64,000 nucleotides of DNA, taken from Alphaproteobacteria bacterium (GTDB lineage Bacteria > Pseudomonadota > Alphaproteobacteria > UBA828). Within the stretch, counting starts at the first letter, position 1, and each line of letters begins with the position of its first letter. Made by a program: the position numbers and the translations under genes. Below, one piece after another: positions 32,676-42,232 of this stretch. The DNA is taken from the NCBI GenBank assembly GCA_965214705.1, contig CBDCCI010000002.1, positions 2,944,001-3,008,000 on the forward strand. The letters run 5' to 3'. The notes under the pieces are model-generated. The model made no database searches, was not told where the DNA came from, and was given only the letters and a program-made list of their open reading frames with translations.

Positions 32676-33548
32676 CCCGAGCGGCTTCTCTCGGATGCAA
32701 TCACCCACGTCCGGCAGCTCACGGAGAACTTCGACGCGGGCGAGCTGCTCTTGGCGCACGACTCCGTGCACGAAACTGCGGCGCGGATTGCCGCCAGCAT
32801 TGGAACCGATCTCCTTGAACGGCGGAACCGGGACGGGCGCGGAACGGCAAGGCACGCCGGGGTGCAGCCGCTCCGTCAGTTCGACCCCGCAGCAGCACTC
32901 GTATGTCCGCCCTGAGCCGCAGGGACAGGGCTCGCCACCGCCCGGCTCCAAGCCGCCGCGCTCGGCGACCATCGCCAGCCCGCCCCCGAATGCCCGGGAA
33001 AGTGCCCATGCAGCGAGCGCACGGACGCAGTCTCGGATCAGATCGGACGCGGACCGGCGGAGTTCCTCCACCGGGTTCCTGGGCAGATCCGAGACACCCT
33101 CGCCGATGTCGTTCATAGTCTCGATCATGGCGAGCGAGGCCATGGCCTTCTCGTCGCCACTCGCCCCGACCTGCAGCCACGCTTCGGGCCGCAGGTCCTT
33201 CGCCTGCCGGAAGCCCCACACCCAAGGCTCCCACAGTAGAACGCCCGACTTCGGATCCAAGCCGAAGACCGTCCGGTATCCCTGCGGATCGCAGGCCAAG
33301 TCCTCGGCCACCCGACGGTAGTGGTCCATGACCGCAAGCGTCGCGTCCACCGACTCTTCCACGTCCTCCGACGCCCGCTCGCCGCCCCATACCAGCGGCA
33401 GCCACTCCGACGGCCCGACCCTCTCGGGGCAAAGCACGAGCCCGGCGACGAAGCCGTCCAGCTCCACCACCGTCATCGCGTCCCGCTCTTCCCCTATCCA
33501 GGCCAGCAGGTCCGTCAGAAACGCGATCTCTTCCCCCGTGTGCCTCAT
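32547..33548 (-). CDS. YecA/UPF0149-family protein with SEC-C motif
   Basis: ELDGFVAG..CP..PSEWLP.VWG, W..GF, EPCPCGSGRTYECCCG; atypical C-terminal tail. Confidence 0.8.
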   Translation of the reverse strand: MRHTGEEIAFLTDLLAWIGEERDAMTVVELDGFVAGLVLCPERVGPSEWLPLVWGGERASEDVEESVDATLAVMDHYRRVAEDLACDPQGYRTVFGLDPKSGVLLWEPWVWGFRQAKDLRPEAWLQVGASGDEKAMASLAMIETMNDIGEGVSDLPRNPVEELRRSASDLIRDCVRALAAWALSRAFGGGLAMVAERGGLEPGGGEPCPCGSGRTYECCCGVELTERLHPGVPCRSAPVPVPPFKEIGSNAGGNPRRSFVHGVVRQEQLARVEVLRELPDVGDCIREKPLGLHQQPPKTERPDRRGGRRAVVGRCPAHLLPRGGGERPDVAPR

Positions 33549-33744
33549 GGTACGGGGATATGGCGCCCGCCGCGGGGCGAGGTCAACGGCGGAGGGCAAA
33601 CCGGGGCGGCGGTGCCCTGCCGGCCGGAGCGGCCTGTGCCGGGATCCGGACCTGCCGGAGGCCGCAATGATCGCGTCCGGCCTTGGCGGCCGCCCGGCGG
33701 CGTAGTATGCAACCGCCCTCGCTACAGCATCGGAGTCTCGACAC

Positions 33745-34086
33745 ATGGCGGCACTCTCGGCCCGCAAGGCCGCCGCGCTCAAGGAAGCGATGACCAAGAC
33801 ACAGTTGGTGGCTTCCCTCTCCGGATCGACCGGTCTCCCGAAGAAAGACGTCTTGGCGGTACTCGACGAACTGGGCATTCTCATCGAACGCCACATCAAG
33901 AAGCGCGCCGTGGGTACCTTCACGCTTCCCGGTCTGCTCAGGATCGTGCGTGTGCGCAAACCCGCCAGGAAGGCGCGGACGATGATCTCGCCGCGGACCG
34001 GCGAAGAAATCCAGGTGGCCGCGAAGCCGGCCTCGACGGCGGTCAAGGTCCGGGTTCTGGCGGGCCTCAAGCGGATGGTAGAATAG
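33745..34086 (+). CDS. HU/IHF-family DNA-binding protein
   Basis: MTKTQLV..L..KKDV..FTLPGL..KPARKAR..PRTGEEI..AAKPA. Confidence 0.88.
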   Translation: MAALSARKAAALKEAMTKTQLVASLSGSTGLPKKDVLAVLDELGILIERHIKKRAVGTFTLPGLLRIVRVRKPARKARTMISPRTGEEIQVAAKPASTAVKVRVLAGLKRMVE

Positions 34087-34178
34087 CTCCGCGCCGCCCT
34101 GCCGATACGGCGCCCGGACACACGTGCCCGGCCCAGGCTGCGTGACGCGAGACCGGACCGGCACGCATCGATCCAGAA

Positions 34179-35008
34179 TCAGGCGAGCTCTATGTCTGTT
34201 GCTTGCGGGCCGCGAGTTCCCTGCTCCACCATGACGCTCACCCGCTCGCCCGGCTCAAACGCGCCCAGCCCGGCCCGGTCAAGCACGCTGCGGTGCAGGA
34301 ATACGTCCCGGCCGCCGTCCTCCGGAACGATGAAGCCGTAGCCCTTGCCGGCGTTGTAGAACTTCACGACGCCGTTGCACTCCTCGCCCGGTCCGCCCGG
34401 CCCGGCGCGGTCCCGCCGGCCGCACCATCGTTCCTCGCGGCCCCCACTTTCGGCCGGGACGGTCGAGGCGTCGACAGCCAGGATCGACGCCACCACCGGA
34501 CCGCGCTGGCTTTCTGCCACCTCGCAGATCATGATCGCGCCCTGCGGGAGCGTGTCGTACCCGGCGTCACTGACGACCGAGGCGTGGCAAAACACGTCGG
34601 GCGAACCGTCGTCGGGAACCAGAAAACCGAAGCCCTTCGACGGGACGAACCATTTGACCGTGGCCGCCACGCGGCGGCCGGAAGACGGCCCTGCTCGCCG
34701 AGCTCATGGCCGTGCTCCCCGCGTAGCGGCCCGCCGCTCCCTGTCGGTCCGGGGGACCCGCTCGCGGCATCGACGGCGTGGATGCGCCACACCAGCGGCC
34801 CCCGCGGACCCTGCTCGACCTCGCAGGTGACCGTCGCGCCCTCGGGAAGCGTCAGCAAGCCGGCGCCGGATACCGCCGACACGTGGCAAAAGAGGTCACG
34901 CGAGCCGTCGGCGGGTGCCAGGAAACCGAACCCCTTGACCGGGTCGTATCACTTGACCGTCGCAACGACCGTTGCGTCGGGCGCCGATCCTGAACCGCCT
35001 TCGAACAT
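34179..35008 (-). pseudogene. Triple cold-shock-domain gene, disrupted; 34179-34670 still encodes two domains
   Basis: Three K(W/F)xxxxKG(F/Y)GF..D(L/V)FxH units; the first has TGA at 34949-34951 in place of Trp and is frameshifted relative to the other two. Confidence 0.8.
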
Positions 35009-35347
35009 GGAGAGCGACCTGCCTGCCGTGAGTTGCCTGGGCCAGACCGCCGCCTGGCCACCAGCCCAATGACTGTGGCGGGTGGTCTCCGCCGCAGGGC
35101 CGTCATCATAGCCACGGCCGGGATGCGACGACAGGCCGCCGCACCCCTCATCTCAGCCTTGAGCGTCCGCCGCGTGGCGAAGCGGCGGCGTCTACCACCC
35201 GCAAGCTTTTCGCCCGACGCGCTCACCGTCAGCTCCTACGGCCCGAACGCCGACGACAGGCAGAGGCCGGCCGTGACGCGGGCGGCGGGGGCGGCGCTGC
35301 GGAGCTTGTCCCCGCCGTCGGCAACCACCACCGGGGGAGACAACGCA

Positions 35348-35671
35348 ATGCGGACCGGCCGGATGTTCCATCGCGACGCGCAGACCTTTCTGGTCCACCT
35401 GTTCGGCAGAGGTCTCGAGGACGAGCGCTACGTCGTCGAGAAGTACCGCTCCCATCCCAACGGCGAGATCGAGCCCGTCCGGGCGGAGCAGCCCAGGACA
35501 AAGGGCCGGCGCAGGCCTCGCAGGAAGATCGTCTCGCGCAGGGCGGTTCGGGAGTTGCGGCCCGAACGCGACGAGATCATCGTCTGCACCGGGGTCACCC
35601 TGGCGCGGTCAGGGGTGCAAATGTGGGGGGTCCAGGCGACAGGCTTGCTGACCACCCGCTACGCGCGCTGA
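35348..35671 (+). CDS. Hypothetical protein
   Basis: GGGGAGA ribosome-binding site; co-oriented with the downstream backbone genes. Confidence 0.5.
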   Translation: MRTGRMFHRDAQTFLVHLFGRGLEDERYVVEKYRSHPNGEIEPVRAEQPRTKGRRRPRRKIVSRRAVRELRPERDEIIVCTGVTLARSGVQMWGVQATGLLTTRYAR

Positions 35672-35686
35672 CCGGGGTGGCCGGCC

Positions 35687-36496
35687 GTGCCGCTCAGGGA
35701 CCCTGCGAAGAAGAAGGCGCGGGATCTTCGCCACCGTCAGCGCCACGCCGCGCGCACCGCCGGCGGCCGCTGCACCCGCTGCGGCCGGCTTCCTCCCGAG
35801 CCCGGCCTCAAGGTATGTACCGACTGTGCCGAGAAGCGCCGCGCCGCCGACCGTGCCCGCCGTGCGAAGGCGCGCGCCGAGGGCAAGCAATATGGCGGCC
35901 GCGATCCGGAGCAGTGCCGACGCGCCGACCGCGCCGGCGACAGGCGCCGCCGCCGGGCGCGTCAGGAGGCGGGACTCTGCACGTCCTGCGGCCTCCGCCG
36001 GCCGGAGGACAACCGCTCCGTCTGCGAGCCATGCCGCGAGGAGCGGCGCGCACGCGACCGCCGGCGCTATGACGCGCGGCGCGCCGCCGGCAGTTGCGTG
36101 CGCTGCAACCAGCCCACGGTCGGGAGCCTGTCGCGCTGCGGCCGCTGCCTCGCGCTGGAGAAGGAGCGCGTCTCTCCCGAGCGCGAGAGCGCTGCCGGGA
36201 AGAAGCGCTACGCCGCGAGGCGCGCGCAGGGCGCATGCGTGGATTGTGGAGTCCTCACCGGGGGCGCGGCGCGCTGTCCGCGCTGCGCATATCGTTCTAA
36301 CTCCCGCGCGCCAGAGCGTCACCTGGCGGCGCTCTGGCCGCCGCAGATAACCGTGGTCGAATTGGAGACGGGCGACGAGTTGGGCGTCTTCGAGACCGAA
36401 TCCGAGGCCGCCGCCTGCATCGCTTTCGCCCGCCTGCGCCCTGACCAGGTGGAGATCCTCTCCAACGTCCCGCTGATGGCTCTGTCGCCGTCGTGA
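35687..36496 (+). CDS. Arg-rich protein with four tandem C4 zinc-ribbon repeats
   Basis: Four GxCxxC-x(9-11)-CxxC units separated by basic helical linkers. Confidence 0.7.
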   Translation: MPLRDPAKKKARDLRHRQRHAARTAGGRCTRCGRLPPEPGLKVCTDCAEKRRAADRARRAKARAEGKQYGGRDPEQCRRADRAGDRRRRRARQEAGLCTSCGLRRPEDNRSVCEPCREERRARDRRRYDARRAAGSCVRCNQPTVGSLSRCGRCLALEKERVSPERESAAGKKRYAARRAQGACVDCGVLTGGAARCPRCAYRSNSRAPERHLAALWPPQITVVELETGDELGVFETESEAAACIAFARLRPDQVEILSNVPLMALSPS

Positions 36497-36738
36497 GCGG
36501 GCCTCGCCGCAGGCGTTCCGAAGGTGAGCCCGCTCCCGACGTCCACGATCCCGAGTCGGCACCAGGGCAGTCACCGGCCGTGCGGTCCGCGAGGCCTCGT
36601 GAACCCGGCGGGCCTCTGAGCAGGCCGCAGGCGAGAGTGAAGTGAGGCTTGGAGAAGGTGAGCAGGGCGGGGTCGAGAAGAGGCTCCAGCCCGCTCGTCA
36701 ACCTTCGTCATCAACTCGAATCGCAAGGAGACACGATC

Positions 36739-37185
36739 ATGGCGTTCGGACTCAACTCCGCTCAGATCATCGGCCGGCTGGGCGCCGATGCGACCATCAG
36801 CAACCTCGCCTCCGGCGGGCGCGTCGCCAATATGTCGGTGGCGACCGACGAGAGCTACATCGAGAAGCAGAGCGGGACCCGGATCGACAAAACAGAGTGG
36901 CACAGGGTGGTCAGCTTCCAGAGCGGGCTGATCGACATGCTGGAGAAGCACGCGAAGAAGGGCCGGTTGGTCTACGTCGCGGGCAAGCTGCAGACCAGGA
37001 AGTGGCGCAAGGACGGCGAGGACAGCGACCGGTTCTCGACCGAGATCCTGCTGGTCCCCGGTGGCCGCGTTCAGTTTCTCGATCGTCCTGCCGGGGCCAA
37101 CGGCAACGGTGCCCAGGTGTCCGACGGTGAGGCTGCGCCGGCCGGCGATGCCGCGACGGCAGGGGCAGACGGCATTCCGTTCTAA
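36739..37185 (+). CDS. ssb: Single-stranded DNA-binding protein
   Basis: IGRLGAD, TEWHRVV, KGRLVYVAGKLQTRKW, C-terminal DGIPF; AAGGAG ribosome-binding site. Confidence 0.95.
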   Translation: MAFGLNSAQIIGRLGADATISNLASGGRVANMSVATDESYIEKQSGTRIDKTEWHRVVSFQSGLIDMLEKHAKKGRLVYVAGKLQTRKWRKDGEDSDRFSTEILLVPGGRVQFLDRPAGANGNGAQVSDGEAAPAGDAATAGADGIPF

Positions 37186-37220
37186 TTGCTGAGCGCACTT
37201 CTCCCTCGCGCTCGCTCCAG

Positions 37221-37260
37221 AGCCCACCCCGCGTTCCTCCCGCGCGGGGTGGGCTTTTTT
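37221..37260 (+). terminator. Rho-independent terminator after ssb
   Basis: AGCCCACCCCGCG / CGCGGGGTGGGCT stem followed by a T tract. Confidence 0.85.
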
Positions 37261-37463
37261 CATGCAGCGCATTGCGAGTCCCTCACGGGCCGGACGGCGG
37301 GGCTCGCGCTTCGCGCGCCGCCCGCCGTCCCGGCGCCGCCAGGAGAAAGAGTGAGGCCGGAACCGGGCACGTCCCATCCTGAAGCTGGCGAGGTCCCCAT
37401 GCTCTTCATCTCCGCTCTCGGTCCCGGCTTCGCCGGCTCCCGCCCCCGCTCGAAGTGTGCGCC

Positions 37464-38444
37464 ATGAACGCGGCCTCCGTCGCCGCAGCACTCGCCGAGC
37501 GCGCCGAGGAGGTTTGCCGACGATATCTGCCCTACGGCCGCCGCCGGGGCAGGTATTGGGTCGCGGGCGACCTCGACGGCGGACGCGGGCGATCCCTCTT
37601 CGTCCGTCTCGCGCCCCCGGGCACGCCAGGGAAGTTCACCGATGCGGCCACGGGGCAGCATGGCGATCTGCTCGACATCATCCGCCACCGCATCTGCGCG
37701 CCGACGCTTCGCGCGGCGCTCGACGAGGCCCGCGCCTTCCTCGCCCGGCCGGCTGCGCCGGCCTCGGGCTCGGGCGACGCCTACGACGCCACCAAGGCGG
37801 CGCGGCGCCTGTGGCACCGCTGCCGCGCCATCGACGGCACGCATGCGGAAGCCTACCTGCGCGCCCGCGGGCTCGCGCGCTGCCGCTTCGCGGCCCTGCG
37901 CTTCCATCCCGCGTTGCTCTACAGGGATGGCGGCGGCGTTCGCCGCCTGCCGGCCCTCGTCGCCGCCGTGACCGCTCACGACGGCGACATCGTCACCGGT
38001 GTCCATCGCACATGGTTGGACCCTCGGCGCCCCGCGAAGGCAAACCTCTCATCGCCGCGCAAGGCGCTGGGCCGCGTGCACGGCCATGCCGTCCGTTTCG
38101 GCGCTCCCGGCGCCGGTACGCTGCTGGTCGGCGAGGGGATCGAGACCGTGCTGTCCGTCGTCACCGCCATCCCCGACACCGTCGCCGCAGCAGCGCTGTC
38201 CGCCGGCAGCCTCGGCGCATTCGCGCCGCCTGCCGGCGTCACGCGGCTGGTGATCGCGCGCGACAACGACCCCGAGGGAGAGCGTGCCGCCGAGCGCCTC
38301 GCCCGCCGCTGCGCGCGGGCGGGCGTCGCCGCCACCGTCATCGTGCCTCGCGGCACCGACTTCAACGAGGACTTGCTCACATTCGGTCCCGCCGCGCTTG
38401 CCGCCTGGACGGCGGCCGCGCTCGCAGACCGGGAGCCCGGGTGA
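37464..38444 (+). CDS. Toprim-domain primase-like protein of alphaproteobacterial plasmids/ICEs
   Basis: G.YWVAGD..G..G.SL.V.L, AEAYL.ARG, GVHRTWL, VGEGIET, IARDND. Confidence 0.88.
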   Translation: MNAASVAAALAERAEEVCRRYLPYGRRRGRYWVAGDLDGGRGRSLFVRLAPPGTPGKFTDAATGQHGDLLDIIRHRICAPTLRAALDEARAFLARPAAPASGSGDAYDATKAARRLWHRCRAIDGTHAEAYLRARGLARCRFAALRFHPALLYRDGGGVRRLPALVAAVTAHDGDIVTGVHRTWLDPRRPAKANLSSPRKALGRVHGHAVRFGAPGAGTLLVGEGIETVLSVVTAIPDTVAAAALSAGSLGAFAPPAGVTRLVIARDNDPEGERAAERLARRCARAGVAATVIVPRGTDFNEDLLTFGPAALAAWTAAALADREPG

Positions 38445-38520
38445 AGCGGGCGAGGGGCGAGCCGCATGGAGAGGAGAGAGAGTCCTCTCCACGCCGGCAT
38501 CACGCTACCGGGAGAGCACA

Positions 38521-38748
38521 ATGAGCACCGACATCAGGTTCCGGCGGGTGGGCGAGAACGAAGCCCGCGTCTATCAGGACGGCGACTATGTCGGGGACGT
38601 CTTCCGTCACGACGACATCCTCAACCCCGGCGCGGTGTTCTACGTGGTGCATCTCAGCGAAGACCCCCGCGGCCCCGTCAGGGTGCACGAGCGCCATCGC
38701 GTCCGCGAGGTCGCCCGCCACCTCCTCGACACCCACCCGATGCTGTGA
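38521..38748 (+). CDS. Hypothetical protein (75 aa)
   Basis: GGAGAG ribosome-binding site; compact ORF downstream of toprim. Confidence 0.55.
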   Translation: MSTDIRFRRVGENEARVYQDGDYVGDVFRHDDILNPGAVFYVVHLSEDPRGPVRVHERHRVREVARHLLDTHPML

Positions 38749-39114
38749 GCGGTGACGAGCGCCACCGGCGGTGTCAGCGGCGGCACCGGGAGCGGCTCGC
38801 CCTCGATCCCGTTGCCCGGCCCGCGGCCGGTACCGCGTCTTTCATCGCTGCGGCGGTGCCACGCCGCCTGCAGGAAACAAAAATTGAACGAAGCCGCTAC
38901 GCGGAGTTAGCGGCGTAGAGTTCATTCATTTCCGAGGCGTCGCGGGTGCCGTTTGTTCTGTGCGTTCGCTTCCCGGTTGCGTCAGTGGCGCTCCGCCCGT
39001 CGGGTGGCGGATCCCCAGCAGCCTCCCGATCACCAGTGGTTAGCATCGACCCCTGCGACGGACCGTCGCCGGATCGGTCCGGCGGCGCGCCGTCGCGATC
39101 CAGGGAGATCGATA

Positions 39115-39993
39115 ATGACCGGGACCGCGTGCGACACGAACACCGTCACCCCTCTTCGCCAGCGCATGGAGGAGCAGCTCCGCATCGCCAATCTGGCCGC
39201 GAGCACGTCCAAGGCCTACATCTGCGAGATCAAGAACCTGGCCAGGTACTACGACGCCTCGCCGGACGAGCTCGACGCCGAGCAGGTGCGCCAGTGGTAC
39301 CTGGGGCGGATCGACAAGGGGCTCAGTCCGGGCACGACCAACGTCTCCTTCGCCGCGCTGAACTTCCTCTACATCGACACACTCGGCTGGCCTGACCATG
39401 TCGCCGGCCTGCGCTCCCGCAAGAAGCCCGGCAAGCTGCCGCGCTACATGTCGGAGCAGGAGGTCGAGCACCTCATCCTTGCGACACCCGACCTCCGCCA
39501 CCGTGCTGCCATTGTCACCGGCTATGGCGGCGGGCTCCGCATCTCCGAGACCTTGGCCATCAAGGTCGGCGACATCCTGTCGGAGAAGAAGCTGCTGCAC
39601 ATCCCCTCCGGCAAAGGCGGCACCGAGAGAATGGCACCGTTGCCGGACATCGTCATCCACTACTTGCGCGTCTACTACAGGAACATCTGGCCGCGTCCGA
39701 CGAGCTGGCTCTTCTACGGCGTCTCGCTCGACAGGCCCATCGCAACGGAGACCTTGCAGGCCGCCTTCAGGAGGGCGCGCGACATTGCCGAGCTCGACCG
39801 CAGCTACACCTTCCATTGCCTGCGCCATTCGGCGGCGACCCATCTCCTCGAGCGCGGCGGCGATATCGAGGTGATCCGGGACATGCTCGGCCATCGAAGC
39901 GCGAACACGACCCGTCACTACGCCCGCGTCACCGGCAAGATGTTCGAGGGCCTCGACCACCCGATCTCAGGCTTCGCAGCGTTGCGCAACTGA
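39115..39993 (+). CDS. Tyrosine recombinase of the type paired with IS91-like transposases
   Basis: N-terminal SAM-like domain, YGGGLRISE, GKGGTER, HCLRHS.ATHLLE.G, LGH, T..Y. Confidence 0.9.
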   Translation: MTGTACDTNTVTPLRQRMEEQLRIANLAASTSKAYICEIKNLARYYDASPDELDAEQVRQWYLGRIDKGLSPGTTNVSFAALNFLYIDTLGWPDHVAGLRSRKKPGKLPRYMSEQEVEHLILATPDLRHRAAIVTGYGGGLRISETLAIKVGDILSEKKLLHIPSGKGGTERMAPLPDIVIHYLRVYYRNIWPRPTSWLFYGVSLDRPIATETLQAAFRRARDIAELDRSYTFHCLRHSAATHLLERGGDIEVIRDMLGHRSANTTRHYARVTGKMFEGLDHPISGFAALRN

Positions 39994-39999
39994 CGGCGC

Positions 40000-40178
40000 G
40001 TGGAGGCCGAACGCGCGGGCGTGGCGGAGATCTTCCGCCGCGCCGGCGCCGCTTTCCGTGAGCGCCACAAAGGGCGCATCGACGCCGCCCGGCTCAAGGT
40101 CATGGGCGCCATCGAGGCGTGCCGCACCGCCGTGCTCGGCGGCCACATGTACGCCTGCGAGGGCTGCGGGCGCGAGCA
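40000..40178 (+). pseudogene. IS91-like transposase zinc-binding N-terminus, interrupted by group II intron A
   Basis: VAEIFR..G..KVMGAIEACRTAVLGGH.YAC..CG; continues for only about 10 codons after 49820. Confidence 0.8.
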
Positions 40179-40239
40179 ATCGCGGTAGGGAAGCGGGTTG
40201 CCCCGCTCCCCCCGCGCAGATCCGGACGTGCCCGCTAAG

Positions 40240-42210
40240 CCGAACTTCCCCAGCAGATATTGAGCTAAGTTGTTGCGGTGGCTTTCCAAACCACCGTTTC
40301 GCGGAGTCGCGTACTGGGTACGCTACAGGCTGACGCCAAGCAGATCGAGCGCCTGGCGCTGTACCGGCGTCGGCTTGGTGACCAGATCGAAGGGCGGTGC
40401 TCCGGCGAGTTTCGGTTGAACGCGGTTCCTGGCGATGGTCGCCAAATCATCGAGGAGCGTGCGGAAGCTGTGCACCGGCATCCCGTCTGGCGTGCGTTTG
40501 CCGGCGGCCTTGCGACGGGCGGAGGGCGAGGGCTTTGCCGGTGAGACGATGGAAGCGCGCGCGGCGTCCGCAGCGGCCGGGTCGTCCTCGTCGAACAGGA
40601 TGGGGGCGAGCCTTTGGCGCATGTGCCATTCGACGTGGTAGGCGAGCATGCACAGCAGCACGTGGGCGCGCACGCGCTCGGGGCGGTAGTGGTGGATGGG
40701 CCGCACCTTGAGGTCGACGGTCTTGACGCTGCGGAAGGCGCGCTCGATGCGGCTCAATCCCTTGTAGGCGCGCACCGTGTCCTCGGCTCCGAGCTCGCCC
40801 TCGGGCACGCTGGTGCGGATGACGTAGAGGCCATCGAGCGCCGCCTCCTCGGCGATCCGCTCCCGGTTGCGCTGCCAGGTGAAGCCGTCATCGGCGATCT
40901 CCAGCTCGAAGTGCTTGGCGACCTTGTGCTTGCCGATGACCTTGCCCACGCGCAGGCCGATCTTGTCCTTGCCGGCGAGGCGGCGCTTGGCGCGCCGTGT
41001 TGCCGCTCGGATCTCGTCGAGGTCGCCCTCGGTGGCCTGGAGCAGGGCCTCGCGCTTGCGCGCCCTCTCGACGGCGAGCAGCGGGTTGCGGCAGGCGATC
41101 AGGCGTTCGCCGGGGAAGTCGGGATGATGGATCTCGGCCAGGTCGCGTTCGTCGAAGAGCGAGGGCTGCAGCGTTCCGCTGGAGGCCAGCTCCCGGATCG
41201 CCGGCGCCCGCAGCGCGCTGATCCACTCCAACCCGGCCGGCTTCACCTCCTCGCGGATGCGCGCCTCGGTGAGCATGCCGCGATCGCCCACCAGCACCAC
41301 CCGCGAGAGGCCGAAGCGCCGGCGCAGCTTGTCGATCTGGGAGCCCAGGGTGGCCGGATCGGCGGTGTTGCCCTCGAACACCTCCACCGCCACCGGGCAG
41401 CCCTGCGCGTTGCACAGGAGCCCGAACACGATCTGCAGCTTGCCGCGCTTGCCGTCGCGGGAGTAGCCGTGATGCGCCAGCGGGCAGCAGCGCCCCTCCA
41501 GCCATGTCGAGGTGACGTCGTAGAGTACCAGAGCGCCGTCCTCGAGGTGACGCTCGGCCAGACGCCGTTCGATCCTGCCCTGGCGCTCAAGCAGCCAGTC
41601 CATCGCCTGGTAGAGTTCGTCTTCGTCGACCTCGCCCAGGTCGAGGGCCTCGCCGAGGCCGCAGCTCAGGGTGTCGCCGCTGAGCCCGCGTGCGGTGGCG
41701 AGCTTCGAGCGCGGCGCCACGATGCGGGCGACGATCATCGCCGCCGCGAGGTCGCGCAGCCGCGAGCGCCTGGCCGCGATCAGCCGTTCCAGACCGAGGC
41801 CGCGCAGAGCCCCGAGCACCGCTGCGACATGGCCGAAGGGACGCGAGCGGGTGATGTCGAAGCCGTCGTCCTCGCGGCGCTTCTCGCCGCGGGGCACAGC
41901 GGTTCCGCCGCGCAAGAGGATGCGCAGGCCCTCGACCAGGTGCGGGGGCCACCTGGAGAGGTTGGCGAGGGTGCGCTTTCTGATTTTTCCGCCTTCGCGC
42001 CATGATTCGCGCAGGAGGATTGCGGGGGGTGAGTTCCGGTTTGGGACGCTTTCGATATACATGGGGACGGATCATAGTGCCTGACCCGCAAAATATCAAC
42101 GCCCCATCCTCATTTACATGGGTACACTTTGCATCCGCACCAACGGCCGATACGTCCGCAAAAACAAAGACTTATGCCCGAAAATCAGCGAAATTCTGGG
42201 GGAAGTTCGG
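40240..42210 (-). mobile_element. IS1634-family insertion sequence inside intron A domain V
   Basis: Inverted repeats CCGAACTTCCCC; 6-bp target duplication GCTAAG at 40234-40239 and 42211-42216. Confidence 0.92.
40323..42062 (-). CDS. IS1634-family transposase
   Basis: MYIESVPNRNSPPAILLRES, LYDVTST, GYSRDGK, VGDRGM, IERAFR..K..RPIHH..RVRAHV. Confidence 0.93.
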   Translation of the reverse strand: MYIESVPNRNSPPAILLRESWREGGKIRKRTLANLSRWPPHLVEGLRILLRGGTAVPRGEKRREDDGFDITRSRPFGHVAAVLGALRGLGLERLIAARRSRLRDLAAAMIVARIVAPRSKLATARGLSGDTLSCGLGEALDLGEVDEDELYQAMDWLLERQGRIERRLAERHLEDGALVLYDVTSTWLEGRCCPLAHHGYSRDGKRGKLQIVFGLLCNAQGCPVAVEVFEGNTADPATLGSQIDKLRRRFGLSRVVLVGDRGMLTEARIREEVKPAGLEWISALRAPAIRELASSGTLQPSLFDERDLAEIHHPDFPGERLIACRNPLLAVERARKREALLQATEGDLDEIRAATRRAKRRLAGKDKIGLRVGKVIGKHKVAKHFELEIADDGFTWQRNRERIAEEAALDGLYVIRTSVPEGELGAEDTVRAYKGLSRIERAFRSVKTVDLKVRPIHHYRPERVRAHVLLCMLAYHVEWHMRQRLAPILFDEDDPAAADAARASIVSPAKPSPSARRKAAGKRTPDGMPVHSFRTLLDDLATIARNRVQPKLAGAPPFDLVTKPTPVQRQALDLLGVSL

Positions 42211-42232
42211 GCTAAGGCATCCGGCTCCTCCC

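Noticed and set aside
34949-34951. TGA read as Trp (alternative genetic code)
   Set aside because: TGA is the normal stop of many genes here, and the same gene also has a frameshift
39115-39993. Integron integrase
   Set aside because: Lacks the IntI-specific insertion, no attC cassettes seen, and it is paired with an IS91-like transposase
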